Source: Narcine bancroftii | Lineage: Eukaryota | Direction of reading: 5' to 3' | Assembly (NCBI RefSeq): GCF_036971445.1 | Contig: NC_091473.1 | Location: forward strand, 205,778,001 to 205,842,000 | Length of the DNA stretch: 64,000 bases | In this document: positions 21,985 to 35,404 of the stretch, piece by piece | Numbering within the stretch: the stretch's first letter is position 1 | Layout: each line of letters starts with the position of its first letter | Position numbers and translations under genes: made by a program | The notes under the pieces: generated by a model | What the model saw: the letters and a program-made list of their open reading frames with translations, nothing else | Told to the model about the DNA's origin: nothing | The model's database searches: none

Positions 21985-22510
21985 AAGGCGGCGTGGGTAG
22001 GGCAAGAGCGTGGCCCCACAATGATGAGTGCATATGGCATAGAATAGAGGAGAAAGCAGGCAACCTTGGATTGATGCGTCTTTCTGATCATCGTAGAGGA
22101 GGTGATGTTGCCGATGAGCAATGTTGAGGTCTTCCAATGAGGATGATACCGATCCAGTCACAGATGGCTGGACAAAGTACCGGATCCTTTAGATTGGTCA
22201 TCCGCTTTGCAACTGTGTGGGCGTTAAACGCTGGCATTAGTCCTTGAACAGCAAACCCACCAAGGTATTTCGGCTGTATAAGTGATTTAATAAATAGTGG
22301 ACCGTCAACGATAGGGGGGGTTCGTCAGTTGTGGCGACGGGCGATGGGCGAATTGATGTGGGTCCAGGTCCTTCCCGTGATAGGTATTAATGCGCACGAT
22401 AACCAAACGGCCAAAACATTTCCTCCAAATCCGTTAACTTGCTCCTATTGGGCAAGACGAGGAGAGCGCACAGTGGAAGCAAAATCTCACAGAAATTCTG
22501 GAGCAACACA
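21985..22510 (-). mobile_element. Rex1-like LINE RT fragment (copy at ~31660-32170)
   Basis: QGCLLSPLFY and KCFGRLVIER..DLNTFKFAHR-type motifs. Confidence 0.6.
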
Positions 22511-23029
22511 GCCGGTGTCGAAGAGCCCAAAAGGAGGGAAATATTCCTAACCGATGTTTCGGGTCTGAGTCCTTCTTCAATGAATAAGAAAATCTCCGGA
22601 ATGTGTTAAAATAAAGACTGCAGACTGACCGTTTTTTGCCCCCCCCCCCAAAACGGTAGTACAGAACGACAGTTGATAATTCGATATGGAAGGTAAAGAG
22701 GTGAGAATTGATTTTGCTTCTGTCAAGGGAGACAGAGGGAAACTCGCATAGACGGAGACACAGAACGAGAGATAGAGANNNNNNNNNNNNNNNNNNNNNN
22801 NNNNNNNNNNNNNNNNNNNNNNNNNNNNNNNNNNNNNNNNNNNNNNNNNNNNNNNNNNNNNNNNNNNNNNNNNNNNNNNNNNNNNNNNNNNNNNNNNNNN
22901 NNNNNNNNNNNNNNNNNNNNNNNNNNNNNNNNNNNNNNNNNNNNNNNNNNNNNNNNNNNNNNNNNNNNNNNNNNNNNNNAGGGAGAGAGCGGGCCGCGGG
23001 GAAATGCAAAAGGGGGAAGAATTAACTGT

Positions 23030-23391
23030 TTATCCTGATTTTCTCCCCTTTCAGTTGTTTGCTGAATCTGTGGACCGATCCACTTGGCGAACCTCTGACT
23101 GATTGGTCAGTTCGCGTCCCTCCCGGCTCAGCGCAATTTCTCGCATATTTCATTCATTGCGTGTTTCATTCAGGCACAAATTGAAATATCGTGGCCCATA
23201 TATTAAATGCTTAAAAATAATAACCGAGACGATGTGGTTGCGCCTCACGTTTGAGCGGACAGGATGACGTTGGAGAAAAGGAGCCGGATATTTCACCTCA
23301 ATACCTCGAAAACTTTAGTAGCGGATTTGATCGTGTATATCAGCGCGGTGTGGCTCACGCTGTTCTTTGGAAATAGCTGGACACATAAATC
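23030..23391 (+). pseudogene. V pseudogene (family B), internally deleted
   Basis: RMTLEKRSRIFHLNTSK; heptamer CACGCTG at 23356. Confidence 0.65.
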
Positions 23392-24151
23392 GTATGTGGT
23401 TTGAAATGAAACGCAAGAAAGAGGATACTAGAGCACGTTAGGTATTGATTATTGTTGAACAGGTGAAAATGTGAGACAGAGTGAGCGTCAAGAATACGAC
23501 GAAAGAAGGAGAGAGGGAAGAGGGAGGAGATAAAAAAAGGGTAGATGCGGGGAGTGAACAGGTTGAGGGTTCGTGAAGCGAAGGGAACGTGATGCAAACT
23601 GTCTTCACTTACGCGATCTTATTGGTTGAATAATGACCACGCCAACCAATCCTGTATGAAGGAAACACTCTCATATCTGTCCCAAGTGTTAGACCGCTCA
23701 TAACATCGCCCCACCAATTGTACTGCGGTAACAGAAGGAAATCTTCGCTGATGATCTTAATCCACACACCCTGTTCTTCGTGAGTGGTTGGTGATTCATT
23801 GGGCCGTTCTGACTGGCGAGTCTGTCTGACTGGTCAGCGACCTCTGCCTATTGTCCTTTCTCCACAAATCTCTAGCTTTAACCTAATTAAAGACAGACAA
23901 TTTCCCCAAATTGCTTCGCTCTCCCTTGCACGTTCTTCCTCCACTTACTCAGTTACACACTCTCTGTGTTTACTGAACTTCCTCGCGGTTTCACTGTCGC
24001 TCTCCTCCCCCCCCCCACCTCGCTTTTCGCTATTTTCGTGCGAGGGAATCCGCGGTACAAACAGATTATCTGATGCTCCCAACGTGGGTACGCGACTTGA
24101 TATGGTCGAGGATTTGTAAAATATCCTACCTCCGAATTTAGACCGGGCATC

Positions 24152-24600
24152 ATGTTCCTACTGATTTGTTGGCTAATTATATGCACCTTTCCGCCTGTTG
24201 AGACTAATTGGTCAACTCGTGCCGCGCGGTTTCAGTGCCATGCAGCGGCGTTCACTCATTTTGTTTTGATCCAGGCGCGCGGGCAAAGGATTTGGTGAAC
24301 CAAAGCCCGCCGCAAATGTTAGCGGATGAAAGGCAGATCGTATCAATGAGCTGTAGTTACTTGATTAGCCCCGACACTAATTTTTGGTACTTTCAATATC
24401 CCGGAGAATCTCTAAAATATTTCCCGAAAATCTACACGTCCCGAGTTGTGGTTCAGACTCACGATTGTCCTGAGAAAATAACGCGTTCTCTGGTGAAAAA
24501 AGGAAATGAAATCCCACCTCAACATCTCTGAAAGCCTTGTGGAGGATTCCGTCGTGTATCTCACGCAGCTGCAGATGGGCTGGCAATTCACGCAAAAAAA
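24152..24600 (+). pseudogene. V pseudogene (family A): V exon from 24275, second Cys deleted
   Basis: DLVNQSPPQM..VSMSCSYLISPDTNFWYFQYPGES; frameshift; heptamer-like CACGCAG (24562) directly abuts DSVVY. Confidence 0.85.
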
Positions 24601-25479
24601 CCGAACCTCATGGAATTTAATTGGATGCTGTGGCTCGGGGGTGTCCCCGGCAACGGAATGTAAGTGACAGCCCGATCTACCTGAAGGGCCTGCTATAACG
24701 CGGAGTTGCAGGAGATTTGCCATCCTCTGAGCCTTTCTCTTTCTCTGAGTGCTCTGGGTCTGAATTGGAGGTTGGAAGTCAGGGGAAGAGGGAGAAACAG
24801 ATAAGTATTTGTCAGTATATTGTTGGAAAATGAAGGAATGTTGGTTAGATGTAAGGTGAGAAGTTTTAAAAATTATTAGCCGCGCAGGTGGGTGGGACTA
24901 GCGATCCCTCAAACCTGTTATTGCTTAAATCAACAACTAGCTCCTTGGTCTTGGTAATATTAAGAACATAATTGTCGTTCTCGAACCAGCCAAACTGGTT
25001 CTCGATCACCATCCTACATTCGGACTCATCGTTTCCATTTTTTTGAGCAGCCCTGGTGGTGTCTGCATCTAATTTGTAGATTGAGTTTGGGGTGAACTTG
25101 GCTGAACATCCATGAGTGAACATGGCTAAGGTTGAAGGGAGGGAGAGATTGGCACTGCTCTCGAAAGATTAACTAAGTGTAAGACGGAGTCGCCTCAAGG
25201 AAGGAAGTGAAAGAGAACACGAGAAGCAGCGAGAGGGTGCAGGAAAACATGTGAAGATGAAGGAAAGGGATGAGCAAGAGTGATGAAGACTGAGACGTCT
25301 GGTGTGTAAATATAGACAGGTAACACGTTGGAAAAAGTGTGAGATTGAGAACGGCCAACATTAATAACCAGGTTTCATTGGTTCTGTCACTATTGAGCCG
25401 ATGTGCGATGAATGCGCCCTCCTGTGCCTCCTAGAGGATGGACCGCTACTGACGTGATCCCACAGTCATATATCGGGCG

Positions 25480-25969
25480 AAGACGTTGAAATATGCTCCT
25501 GTTTATATTCATCCTGGATTCCTTCTCATTCAGTTGTTGTCTGATTCTGTGGGCCGTTCTACTTGCAGAACCTCTGTCTAATTTGTCAGCGACTGTCCCT
25601 CCCAGCTCAGACTATTTCCTCGCAGATCTGCACTGTTTGCTTCTTTCCCGAAACACATGGGGAAATGCTGTGACACACGGACATGGCAGCGGGAAGGCAA
25701 GAAGTGGCACTGACACTAGTTACTCGAAAGGTGTAACCTTATTGTTTTGAGACGTTACAATTCCTGTGGACCGTGAGATCTTGGATATAACATATATTCG
25801 ATGCGCTTTGGTCTCATGATCGTCCGGAGAGGATAACAGCTCCTTTGGGGAAAATGACCTGGATATTCCACCTCAATGTTTCGAAAGCTCTTGAAGCGGA
25901 CTTGGCCATGTATCTCTGCGCGATGCCACTCACACTGTTCTTTGGAAATTGCGGAGATGCACAAAAGCT
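25480..25969 (+). pseudogene. V pseudogene (family B) with 23-RSS at 25931-25969
   Basis: WIFHLNVSKALEADLAMYLCAMP; CACACTG-23-ACAAAAGCT. Confidence 0.75.
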
Positions 25970-26059
25970 GATTCTGAATTCGGCTGTGGGTGGAAACAAA
26001 ACCAGAGACAGAGGACGGGAGACTCAGAGTGAGGAAGTCATATGGCAACTCGATCACAC

Positions 26060-26824
26060 TCCCGCCACTCTCTGAGTGGAGGTTCCCCCTCAACCTTTCC
26101 CCTTTCACCATAAATCTATGTCCTCTTGAGGTTATCTCTCCAATTCTAAGTAGAAAGAGCCGACTCAATTTTACAGTATCTACAACTCTCATAAGTTAGT
26201 AAACCTCAATCAAGCATTCCCTTATTCCTCTACCCTACAACTACTAACCTGTGTAATGTGTCCCTGTAATTCAGCTCCTGAATTGTCGAAACATCCTAGT
26301 AAATCTCTCTGCACTCTTTCAATCTTAAATATACCCTTCGTATAGTTTGGCGACCAGAAGGACACACAGAACTCCAAATGTTCTCACATTTTCTATATTA
26401 TTCTCGTAGCTAATTTGCTGTTTGTTCCCTATACACACTTTACAGTTCTTCACCAGATCGCAAATGTCCTCGAAAACCAAGATTCCCTCTGGCTGTTATC
26501 TGTGCCTTTAATCCTGACAGGAACGTTCAAACTCTGCACTCTCAAAATGTCGAATTTGAAGGCCTTCCACTGACTAAACACATACTTGCCATTAAACAGA
26601 TTATTCCAGTCCACTCATCCTCGATCCCTTCTCATTTCCATAAATTGGCCTCTCACTAATTTATAATATTAACTCGAGGGCTAGACCTATCCATATGCGT
26701 AGGTTTATTGAACATAATGACATAATTGTCACTCGACCCAAATGTTCGCCTACACATGCTTCTGTCACCTGACCTGTCTGGTTCCCTTACATGAGATCAC
26801 GTATTGCATCAGCTCTCGTTAGCA

Positions 26825-26870
<46 letters not shown>

Positions 26871-27520
26871 TTAAGAAAAAATTGCTGAACAGGTTTGAAA
26901 AACATTAAGCCACCCAGCCTTTTTACCACATGGGGGTTCAGTCAATATATGGACATTAAAATTACCTACTATCCCAACTTTCTGTTTCTTACATCGGTCT
27001 GCTTACTCTTTTCAGATTTGCACCGTGAATTCTCTCGGACTATTGTACGGTCTATAATACAACCATTTCAGAATGGCCGCACCTTACCCGTTGCTGAGCT
27101 ACATCCATATGTCCTCTGAAGACGAGGCCTGTCATGTCTAATCTCACTCCTCCCCCTTTCACCCTCCCACATCATGTCTGAAAGAGAGAATCATGGAGCA
27201 ATGTGCGCACGTCTCACTAAAGGCAATAAAGTCGTGATTCCACGCCTTAAAACCGTCCGCCTTGTGGCAATACTCGTTGCATTGAATTAAACAGAATATT
27301 TCTATCGTGTGCAAACCTTTGATTTCTGTCTATATATGCAGACCTCACATGACATGCATCCACCTCCACCTCACTATCAGCTTTCACACTCTGGTTTCCC
27401 ACCCCACAAATCAAACTTAACCCACCGGAGCAGCATCAGGAAACCTGCCTGCAAGGATATAGGTCCCCTGCGAGTTCGGATACAAATCCCCTTTCGGAAC
27501 AAGTCCAACCTGCCCCGGAA
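26060..27520 (-). mobile_element. CR1-type LINE remnants containing a (TA)n run at ~26828-26867
   Basis: ITSRGHRFMVKGERLRGNL; paralog of 16720-18120. Confidence 0.75.
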
Positions 27521-27559
27521 GTGAGCCGAATGATATAACTGTCGAGAGATATTAACGAA

Positions 27560-28045
27560 ATATTCGACAGTTCGCCTTCATCTTGGCTTGGCCGATGCTT
27601 GCTGATTCTACATGCCGTTGTGCTTGGCGAGTCTCTGTCTGATGGATCAGCTCGTGTCCCTCCCGGCTCAGCGCATTTCCTCAAATTGTTCCCTTCCAGG
27701 CAGAAACGTGGAAATCTAGTGACCCACGGACCTGGAACGGAAGACGTGGGAAGTATCGCCGAACTTTAGGTTCCCTATAAGGAAGGGTTCCCGTATACTT
27801 TTGAAACATTGTAATTCCCGTGGAATCTTGGATATATTTGCTGAAAATCCACAGCTCAGGTGTAGAAGGTCTGTCTCACGATTGGACGGACAGGATGAAT
27901 GGTTCATTGGAGAAAAGGGATCGGATATTGTAGGTCACTATCTGCTGAGATCCTGAAGCGGGCTTAGCCGTTTATCTCTGTTCGGTGCGGTTCACACGTT
28001 CACACCCTTCCTGGGATATTGCGGAGGTACACAGGCTCATTCTGA
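27560..28045 (+). pseudogene. Highly decayed family-B-related V relic
   Basis: Paralog of 7390-7815; GLAVYLCSVR motif. Confidence 0.55.
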
Positions 28046-28560
28046 GATGGGATGTGGTTAGAGAGAAAAGGGGAGAAAGAAGTGGATAGAGCGTGTTGAG
28101 GATTGAGAAAGGTTAAGCAGGTGAACGAGTGAGATAGAAGTGAGGTATAACCGTAGAATGAATGAAGAGGTGAGACGGAGGTGTGAGGGAAATCGAGGGA
28201 GGATATAGAAAGAGGGGAGGTGAAAGACGCGGGAAGTGGACAGAGAGGGAGAAACTGAGCGAAGGACGGGGAACGAGATGGGGATTGTCTTATCAACTCT
28301 GTCTGGTTGGTTCAATCATGGCCAGACGAACTAATCCTGTTTGAAGGAAACACTCTCATATCTGGCCCTGGCGTCAGTTCGCTTTTAACATCGCCCCACC
28401 CTTGTACAGCGGTAACACAGGGAAATCTTCGCTTTAGACCTTAATCCGCGTACCAAATCCCTCCTGAGTTGTTTGCTGATTATGTGGGCCTTTCTGACTG
28501 GTGAGATTATATAGTCGAGCATTTGTAAAATATTCTTCCTCCGAATTGAGTCCGGGCATC

Positions 28561-28932
28561 ATTTTTCTTCAGAGCTGTTGGCTGAATGTGTGCACCGTTT
28601 TAACTGGTGAGAGTGATTGTTCAAGAAGTGTCCAGTGGGATCAGAGTTACCACGCGAGATTAACACCTTATATTTTGTTCCAGGGGCGAGTGGGAACGAT
28701 TCAGTTAATCAAGACCCCACGGAATTGGTGGTCTATGAAGGGCAGATCGTATCACAGAACTGCAATTACTCGAAGAGCCTGATTGTCCGGAGAGGAGATC
28801 AGGTACATTGGAGAAAAAGAGTCAGAAATCCCACCTTAACATCTCTAAAAGCCTTGTGGAGGATTCCGCCGTGTATATCTGCGCAGTGAAGCACACGCTG
28901 TTACCTGGCAGTGGCAGATGCCCACAAAAAAC
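28561..28932 (+). pseudogene. V pseudogene (family A), paralog of the 19 kb V with CDR1 to FR3 deleted; 23-RSS at 28894-28932
   Basis: ASGNDSVNQDPTELVVYEGQIVSQNCNY, then a jump to FR3; CAVK; CACGCTG-23-ACAAAAAAC. Confidence 0.87.
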
Positions 28933-29393
28933 ATAGCACACGAAATTCAATCAGACTGCCTGCTCTGTGTCTGGGGTGGGAGGTTGGAAGTCTTGAATAA
29001 ATAGACAGCTGTTTGCTGGAAATTGTACTTAAACGAAGGAGTGTTGGTTAGATAGAAGGGAGGGAGAGGTTATCACCACTCTCGAAAGCTTAAATAAGTG
29101 TAAGAGGGAGTTGCGTCGAAATAGAACGGGATAAACTGCGAGGGGGCCCAGGAAAACAAGAGAAGGTGATGGGAAGGGATGAGCGAGAGTGAAGCAGATA
29201 AAGACATGGAGGTGTAAACGTAGACGGAGAAACACGAGCGAAAATGACTGAGAATGAGAACAGACAACATTAATAACCAGATTTCATTGGTCCAGTCAGT
29301 GCGCCCTATTGAGCCGATGTGCGAGGAGGGCGCCTTCCTGTGTGTCCTAGAGGATGGGCCGCAACGGACGCGAATCTGCAGTCTTAGACTAAA

Positions 29394-29845
29394 ATGTTGA
29401 AATATTCGCTGTTTATCTTCATGCTGGCTTGCTCCCCATTCAGTTTTTTGTTGATTCTGTGGGCCGTTCAACTTGGCGAGCCTCTGACTGATTTGTCAGC
29501 GTGTGTCCCTACTGGCTCAGCACAATTCCTCGCATATCCGTCAATGCGAGCTTCATTCCAGGAAGAAATGGGGAAATGTAGTAACACACGGAAATGTCTG
29601 CGGGAAGCCAAGCAGTGTCACTGAAACTAGTTATACGACAAGTGTTGCCTTAAATTCTTTGGACGATAAAATCCCCTGGATCGTGAAATCTTGGATATAA
29701 CATCATATTCGATGTGGTTCAGTCTCACGATCGTCCGGACAGGATGACGGTTACTTTGGAGAAAAGGATCCAGATATTACACCTCAATATCTGGAACGCT
29801 CTTGAAGCGGTCTTTGGAAATTGCGAAGACGCACAAAAGCTGAAT
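29394..29845 (+). pseudogene. V pseudogene (family B), 3' end and heptamer deleted
   Basis: DRMTVTLEKRIQILHLNI; nonamer retained. Confidence 0.68.
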
Positions 29846-30351
29846 CTGAAATCAGATGTAGGTGGAATCAAAATGGGAGGAAGAGGACGCGAGATCCCGT
29901 TCGAGATTGCAAAAGGCCGAGCAGGTGAAAATGTTAGATAGAATGAGCTAGAGAATAGAATGAAAGAAGGGGAGAGAGGGGGCGAGGGAGGAGATAAAAA
30001 GACGGAAGACACGGCGACTGTACAGATAGAGGGAGAAACCGTGAAAGGAGAGCGCGATGCAGACTGTCTTCACAACGCGGTCTGATTGGTTCACGAATGA
30101 GATCATCAACCAATCCTATGTGAAGAAAACTCATTCATATCTGCCACAGGTTGTTTGTCCGCTCATAACATCGACCGACCTATATTTCCCTATATTCAGC
30201 TGTACAGGGAAATCTTCGCATTTGTCATTAATCCGCAGATCATGGCTGTTCTGTGTTTTTCGCCGATTCTTTGGGTCGTTTTGATTGGTGAGCATGTCCG
30301 ATATGTTACCGAACTCTGTCCATCCCCGGTAGTCGATGTGTCTTTAACTTT

Positions 30352-30830
30352 GTTAAGATAGCCCTAGCCGTAGCAAAAAAATGTATTATGTCAACCTGGA
30401 AATTGGAAGATAATTTGAATATACAACAATGGTATATAGAAATGAATAAATGTATTCCATTAGAAAAAAAAACATATAGTTTAAGAAATAATATTGAAAT
30501 ATTCGAACAAGTATGGGAGCCTTACATTAAATACAATAGCGAAAACCTACCGGGGACAAACATTACCTTAGTTGATGGAAGGAGAAGGAAAGAAAAGAAT
30601 GGACTCAGTAGAATATCTGGTGTATTTTTGTTGAATGACAACATTGTCTGACTGGTTTAATGCAACCTAGATTGTATACCTAAAATGGATGAGAGGGGGG
30701 GTGGGGGGGTGGCTTGGGAGGAGGGAGGGGGGGGGGAGAAAAAGTCACTGTATATGTGTGAAAAAGAAAAAGTGTACATCATGGCTAATGTGATTTATGG
30801 TGTGAAAAATAAAAAATTTAAAAAAAAAAA
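30352..30830 (+). mobile_element. 5'-truncated L1/Tx1 LINE with polyA tail
   Basis: ORF2 C-terminus WYIEMNKCIPLEKKTY..FEQVWEPY; AATAAA and A-tail; absent from the paralogous site at ~20950 (TTT/AAC). Confidence 0.8.
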
Positions 30831-30924
30831 CATTAGTAAAGTTAGATGAGTTCTAACTTGAGTTCGATCTTGTGTTGGGTGAGCATTTGGAAAATTTCTT
30901 TCTTCCCAATTGAATCCGAGCATC

Positions 30925-31387
30925 ATGTTCCTCCTGAAGATTGGTCAGATTCTCAGGGCTGTTCAGCCAGCTGAGACATATTGGTCCACAAGGGCCGCGA
31001 GGGTGCAGTACGATCCAGCGGCCTTCACTCATTCTGCTTTGTTCCATCAGCGAGTGCGAATGATTCACTGACACAAAGTCCGCCGCAAATGATAGTCCAT
31101 GAAGTGCAGATTGTGGAACTGAACTGTCGTTACTCAATGAGAACCTATGCTTATTTTTGGTACATTCAACATTCCGGAGAATCTCCAAAATATTTGATGA
31201 AGATCCAGACGTCAGAACACGTGATTCCTTCTCGCGATTGTCCTGAGAGGATATCGGGTTCCTTAAAGAAAACTAGCAAGAGATTCTACCTTAATATCTC
31301 ATAAATCCGCGTGGGGGATTCCGCCGTGTATCTCTGCGCCCTGGAGCTCCCGCTGTTCCAGAGTGGAGGGGGATCTGCACAAAAACT
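30925..31387 (+). pseudogene. V pseudogene (family A): V exon ~31051-31348 with a single TAA in FR3; distal leader at 30242-30287
   Basis: DSLTQSPPQM..ELNCRYSMRTYAYFWYIQHSGESPKYLM..LNIS*IRVGDSAVYLCALE; CCCGCTG-23-ACAAAAACT. Confidence 0.87.
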
Positions 31388-32629
31388 CACCTTGAGAACA
31401 GTCATCTCTCGCGGTAGCTTGGGGACGCACTCGGTCCCCATAAGCCAGTTCTGTCAGTCAGATTAAAAGAAGGGTGAAGTCAACGCCGAGGTGCTGGAGA
31501 TTTTCCCTCCTCTTACGTTTCTTTTTCTCTGCATCCGTTTCGTTTCTTTGATGTTGAAGGTAGAATGTCAGGTAGGAAGAATAAGTGAACAGATGTTTCG
31601 CAGAATATAGTGGGAAAAGGGAAGTTGTATTTTTGTGAGGGAAATTGAGAGTTTGATAAAGGCAGCGTGAGGATGGCCGCACATTGCATAGAGTAGGGGA
31701 CAAAGCAGGCAACCTTGGATTGATGCCATGTTTCTGATCATCGTAGAGGAGGTGATGTTGCCGATGAGCACTGGTTGGGCATTCCAATGAGGAAGTAACA
31801 GATCCAGTCACAGATCGTTGTACAAAGTACCGGATCCTTTAGATTGGTCATCCGCATTGCAAGTGTGAGGGTGTTGAACGCAGGGCATTAGTCCATGAAC
31901 AGCCAACCCACTAAGGTATTTCTGCGTTATAGGTGATTTAATGAATAGTGGACCATAAACAATAAGGGGGGTCGTCACTTGTGGCGACGGGCGATGGGCG
32001 AATTTAAATGTATTCAGGTCTTTCCCGTGATAGGTGTTCATGCGCTCGATAACCAACCGGCCAAAACATTTCCTCCAAGTCCTTTCATTTGCTCCTGTTG
32101 GGCAAGACAAGGAAAGAGCACAGAGGAAGCAAAATCTCATAGAAATGCTGGAGCAACACAGCCGGTGTCGCAGAGCCCAAAAGGAGGGAAACATACCTAA
32201 CCGATATTTCGGATCTGAGTCCTTCTGCAATGAATATGAAAATCTTCGGAAGGTGTTAAAATAAAGACTGCAGACTGACCGGGTTCGGGAGGGAGGGGTA
32301 GTCCAGAACGACAGTTGCTAATTGGATATGGAAGGTAAAGAGGTGAGAATTGATTTTGTTTCTGTCAAGGGATACAGAGGGAAACTCGCATAGACAGAGA
32401 TACAGAACGAGGAATAGACATAGATNNNNNNNNNNNNNNNNNNNNNNNNNNNNNNNNNNNNNNNNNNNNNNNNNNNNNNNNNNNNNNNNNNNNNNNNNNN
32501 NNNNNNNNNNNNNNNNNNNNNNNNNNNNNNNNNNNNNNNNNNNNNNNNNNNNNNNNNNNNNNNNNNNNNNNNNNNNNNNNNNNNNNNNNNNNNNAGATAG
32601 AATGCAAAAGGAGGAAGAAATATCTTTTT

Positions 32630-32992
32630 ATCTTTATCCTGATTGCCTCCCCTTTCAGTTGAGTCTGTGGACCATTCTACTTGACGAACCTCTGACTGAT
32701 TTGTCAGCTCGTGTCCCTCCCGGCTCAGCGCAATTTTTCCCAGATTTCATTCACTGCATGTTTCGTTCAGGCACATATTGAAATATCGTGGCCCATATAT
32801 TAAATGCTTAAACACAATAACCGAGACGATGTGGTTCCGCCTCACGATTGTCTGGACAGGATGACTTTGGAGAAAAGGGGCCGGATATTTCACCTCAATA
32901 CCTCGAAATATTTTGCAGTGGACTTGATCGTGTATCTCAGCGCAGTGTGGCTAACGCTGTTCTTTCGAAATTTCTGGACGCACAAAAACTGT
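32630..32992 (+). pseudogene. V pseudogene (family B)
   Basis: DRMTLEKRGRIFHLNTSKYFAVDLIVYLSAV; paralog of 23030-23391. Confidence 0.65.
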
Positions 32993-33375
32993 TTCTGAAA
33001 TCGTACGTGGTTTGAAATGAATCCCGAGAAAGAGGATACAAGAACACGTTAGGTATTGCTTAATGTTGAACAGGTGAAAATGTGGGTCAGAATGAGCTTC
33101 AAGAATTGAACGAAAGGAGAGAGGGAGCGAGGGAGGAGAAAAAAGGGTAGATGCGGGGAGTGTACAGGAAGAGGGTTCGTGAAGCGAGGGGAATGCATGC
33201 AAACTGTCTTCACTAACGCGATGTTATTGGTTGAATAATGACCACACCAACCAATCCTTTATGAAGGAAATACTCTCATATCTGCCCCAAGTGTGAGACC
33301 GCTCATAACATTTCCCCACCAATTGTACTGCGGTCAAAGAAGGAAATCTTAGCTGATGATCTTCATCCAGATACC

Positions 33376-34190
33376 ATGTTCATCGTGAGTGGTTTGGTGA
33401 TTCGTTGGGGCGTTCTGACTGGTGGGTCTGTATGAATGGTCAGCGACCTCTGCCCATTGTTCTTTCTCTACGAATCTCTAGCTTTAACCGAATTAAAGAC
33501 AGACAATTCCCCTAAATTTCTTCGCTCTCCCTTGCACGTTCTTCCTCCGCTTACTCATTTACCCACTCTCAGTGTTTACTGAACTTCCTCGCAGTTTCAC
33601 TGTCGCTATCCACCCCCCCTCGCTCTTTGCCGTTTTCGTGCGATGGAATCTGCGACACAAATTGAGTTTTGCTGCTTTCGAAGTGGGTACGCGACCTGAC
33701 ATGGTCGAGGAATTGTAAAATATCCTTCTTCCGAATTTAGAGCGGGCATCATGTTCCTACTGATTTGATAGCTGGTTTGATGCACCATTCCGCCTGTTGA
33801 GACTAATTGGTCAACTTGTGCCGCGCGGGTTCAGAGCCATCCAGCGACGTTCACTCATTTTGTTTTGTTCCAGGAGCGAGGGCGAAGGATTCAGTGACCC
33901 AAAGCCCGCCGCAAATGATAGAGGATGAAGGACAGATCGTATAAATGAGCTGTCGTTACTTGGTTAGACCCGACACTAATTTTTGGTACATCCAGTAGAA
34001 TCTCCAAAATATTTGTTGAAAATCTACACGACCGAGTCGTGGTTCAGTCTCACGATTGTCCTGAGAGAATATCGCGTTCTTTGAGGAAAAAGAAAATGAT
34101 ATCCCACCTCAACATCTCTGAAAGCCTTGTGCAGGATTCCGTCGTGTATCTCACGCAGCTTCAGGGCAGTGGTAGATCCACACAAAAAGC
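33376..34190 (+). pseudogene. V pseudogene (family A): distal leader 33376-33421, V exon from 33874, RSS 34152-34190
   Basis: DSVTQSPPQM with stops; same Cys-removing deletion as the 24.5 kb copy; CACGCAG-23-ACAAAAAGC. Confidence 0.85.
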
Positions 34191-34934
34191 AAACCTCATG
34201 GAATTTAATCGGACGCTGTGTCTCGGGGGCGCCTTCTGCAAGGAATGGAAGCGACAGCGCAATCTTCCTGAAGGGCCTGCTGAAACAGTGCCAGGAGATT
34301 TGCCCTCCTCTGAGCGTTTCTCTTTCTGTTTGTGCTCTGGGTCTTAGTTGGAAGTTGGAAGTCATGTGGAAAGGAAGAAAGAGATAAGTATTTGTTAGTA
34401 TATTGTAGGAAAATGAAGGAGTGTTGATTAGATGGAAGTTGAGAGATTTAAAGTGTTGCAGCCGCGCGGGTGGGTGGGAGTTGTACACGGTCCCTCAGAC
34501 CTGTTATTGCTAAAATGAACAACTTGCTCCTTGGCCTTGATGATATTAAGAACATAATTGTCGTTCTCGAACCAGCCAAACTGGTTCTCGATCACCATCC
34601 TACATTAAGACTCATCATTCCCAATTATTTGGGGAGCCCTGGTGGCGCCTTCAGCTAATTTGTAGATTGTGTTTGGGGTGAAATTGGCAGAAAAGCCATG
34701 GGTGAACTTGGCAGAGTTTGAAGGGAGGGAGAGATTGGCACTGCTCTCTAATGATTAACTAAGTGTAAGACGGAGTCGCCTCAAGGAACGAAGCATAACA
34801 GACCGCGAGGAGCAGGTTTCATTGGTTCAGGAACGGCGTTCGATTCAACTGATATGAGAGAAGGGCGTCTTCTTGTGTGTCCTAGAGGATGCGCTGCTAC
34901 TGTCACGACCATACAGTTTTATATCGGACTAAAA

Positions 34935-35404
34935 TGCTGAAATATTCGCCTGTTTATCTTCATCCTGGCTTCCTCCCCATTCAGTTTTTTCTGCTGATCC
35001 TGTGGGCCGTTCCACTTGTCTGATTGGTCAGCGCGTGTCCCTTCCGGCTCAGCGCAATTCTTCGCGCATCATAAACTGCGTGCCTCGTTACAGGAACAAA
35101 TGGGGAAATGTAGTGTCACACGTACATGTCCGCGGGAAGGCAAGCAGTGTCACTGACTTCTATTTAATCGACAAATGTAACCTTATATTTGTGGTACGTT
35201 AAAATTCCCGTTGACCGTGAAATCTTGGGAATAACATCCTAGTCGATGTGGCTCCGTGTCACGATTGTCTGGCCAGGGTGACGGTTAATTTGGAGCAAAG
35301 GGGCCGGATATTCCACCTCAAAAATCTTGAACCGGCTTGGACGTGTCTCTCTGCGCGGTGCGGCTCACACTGTTCTTTGGAAATTGCGGAGATGCACAAA
35401 AGCT
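34935..35404 (+). pseudogene. V pseudogene (family B) with 23-RSS at 35366-35404
   Basis: LCAVR followed by CACACTG-TTCTTTGGAAATTGCGGAGATGC-ACAAAAGCT. Confidence 0.72.
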
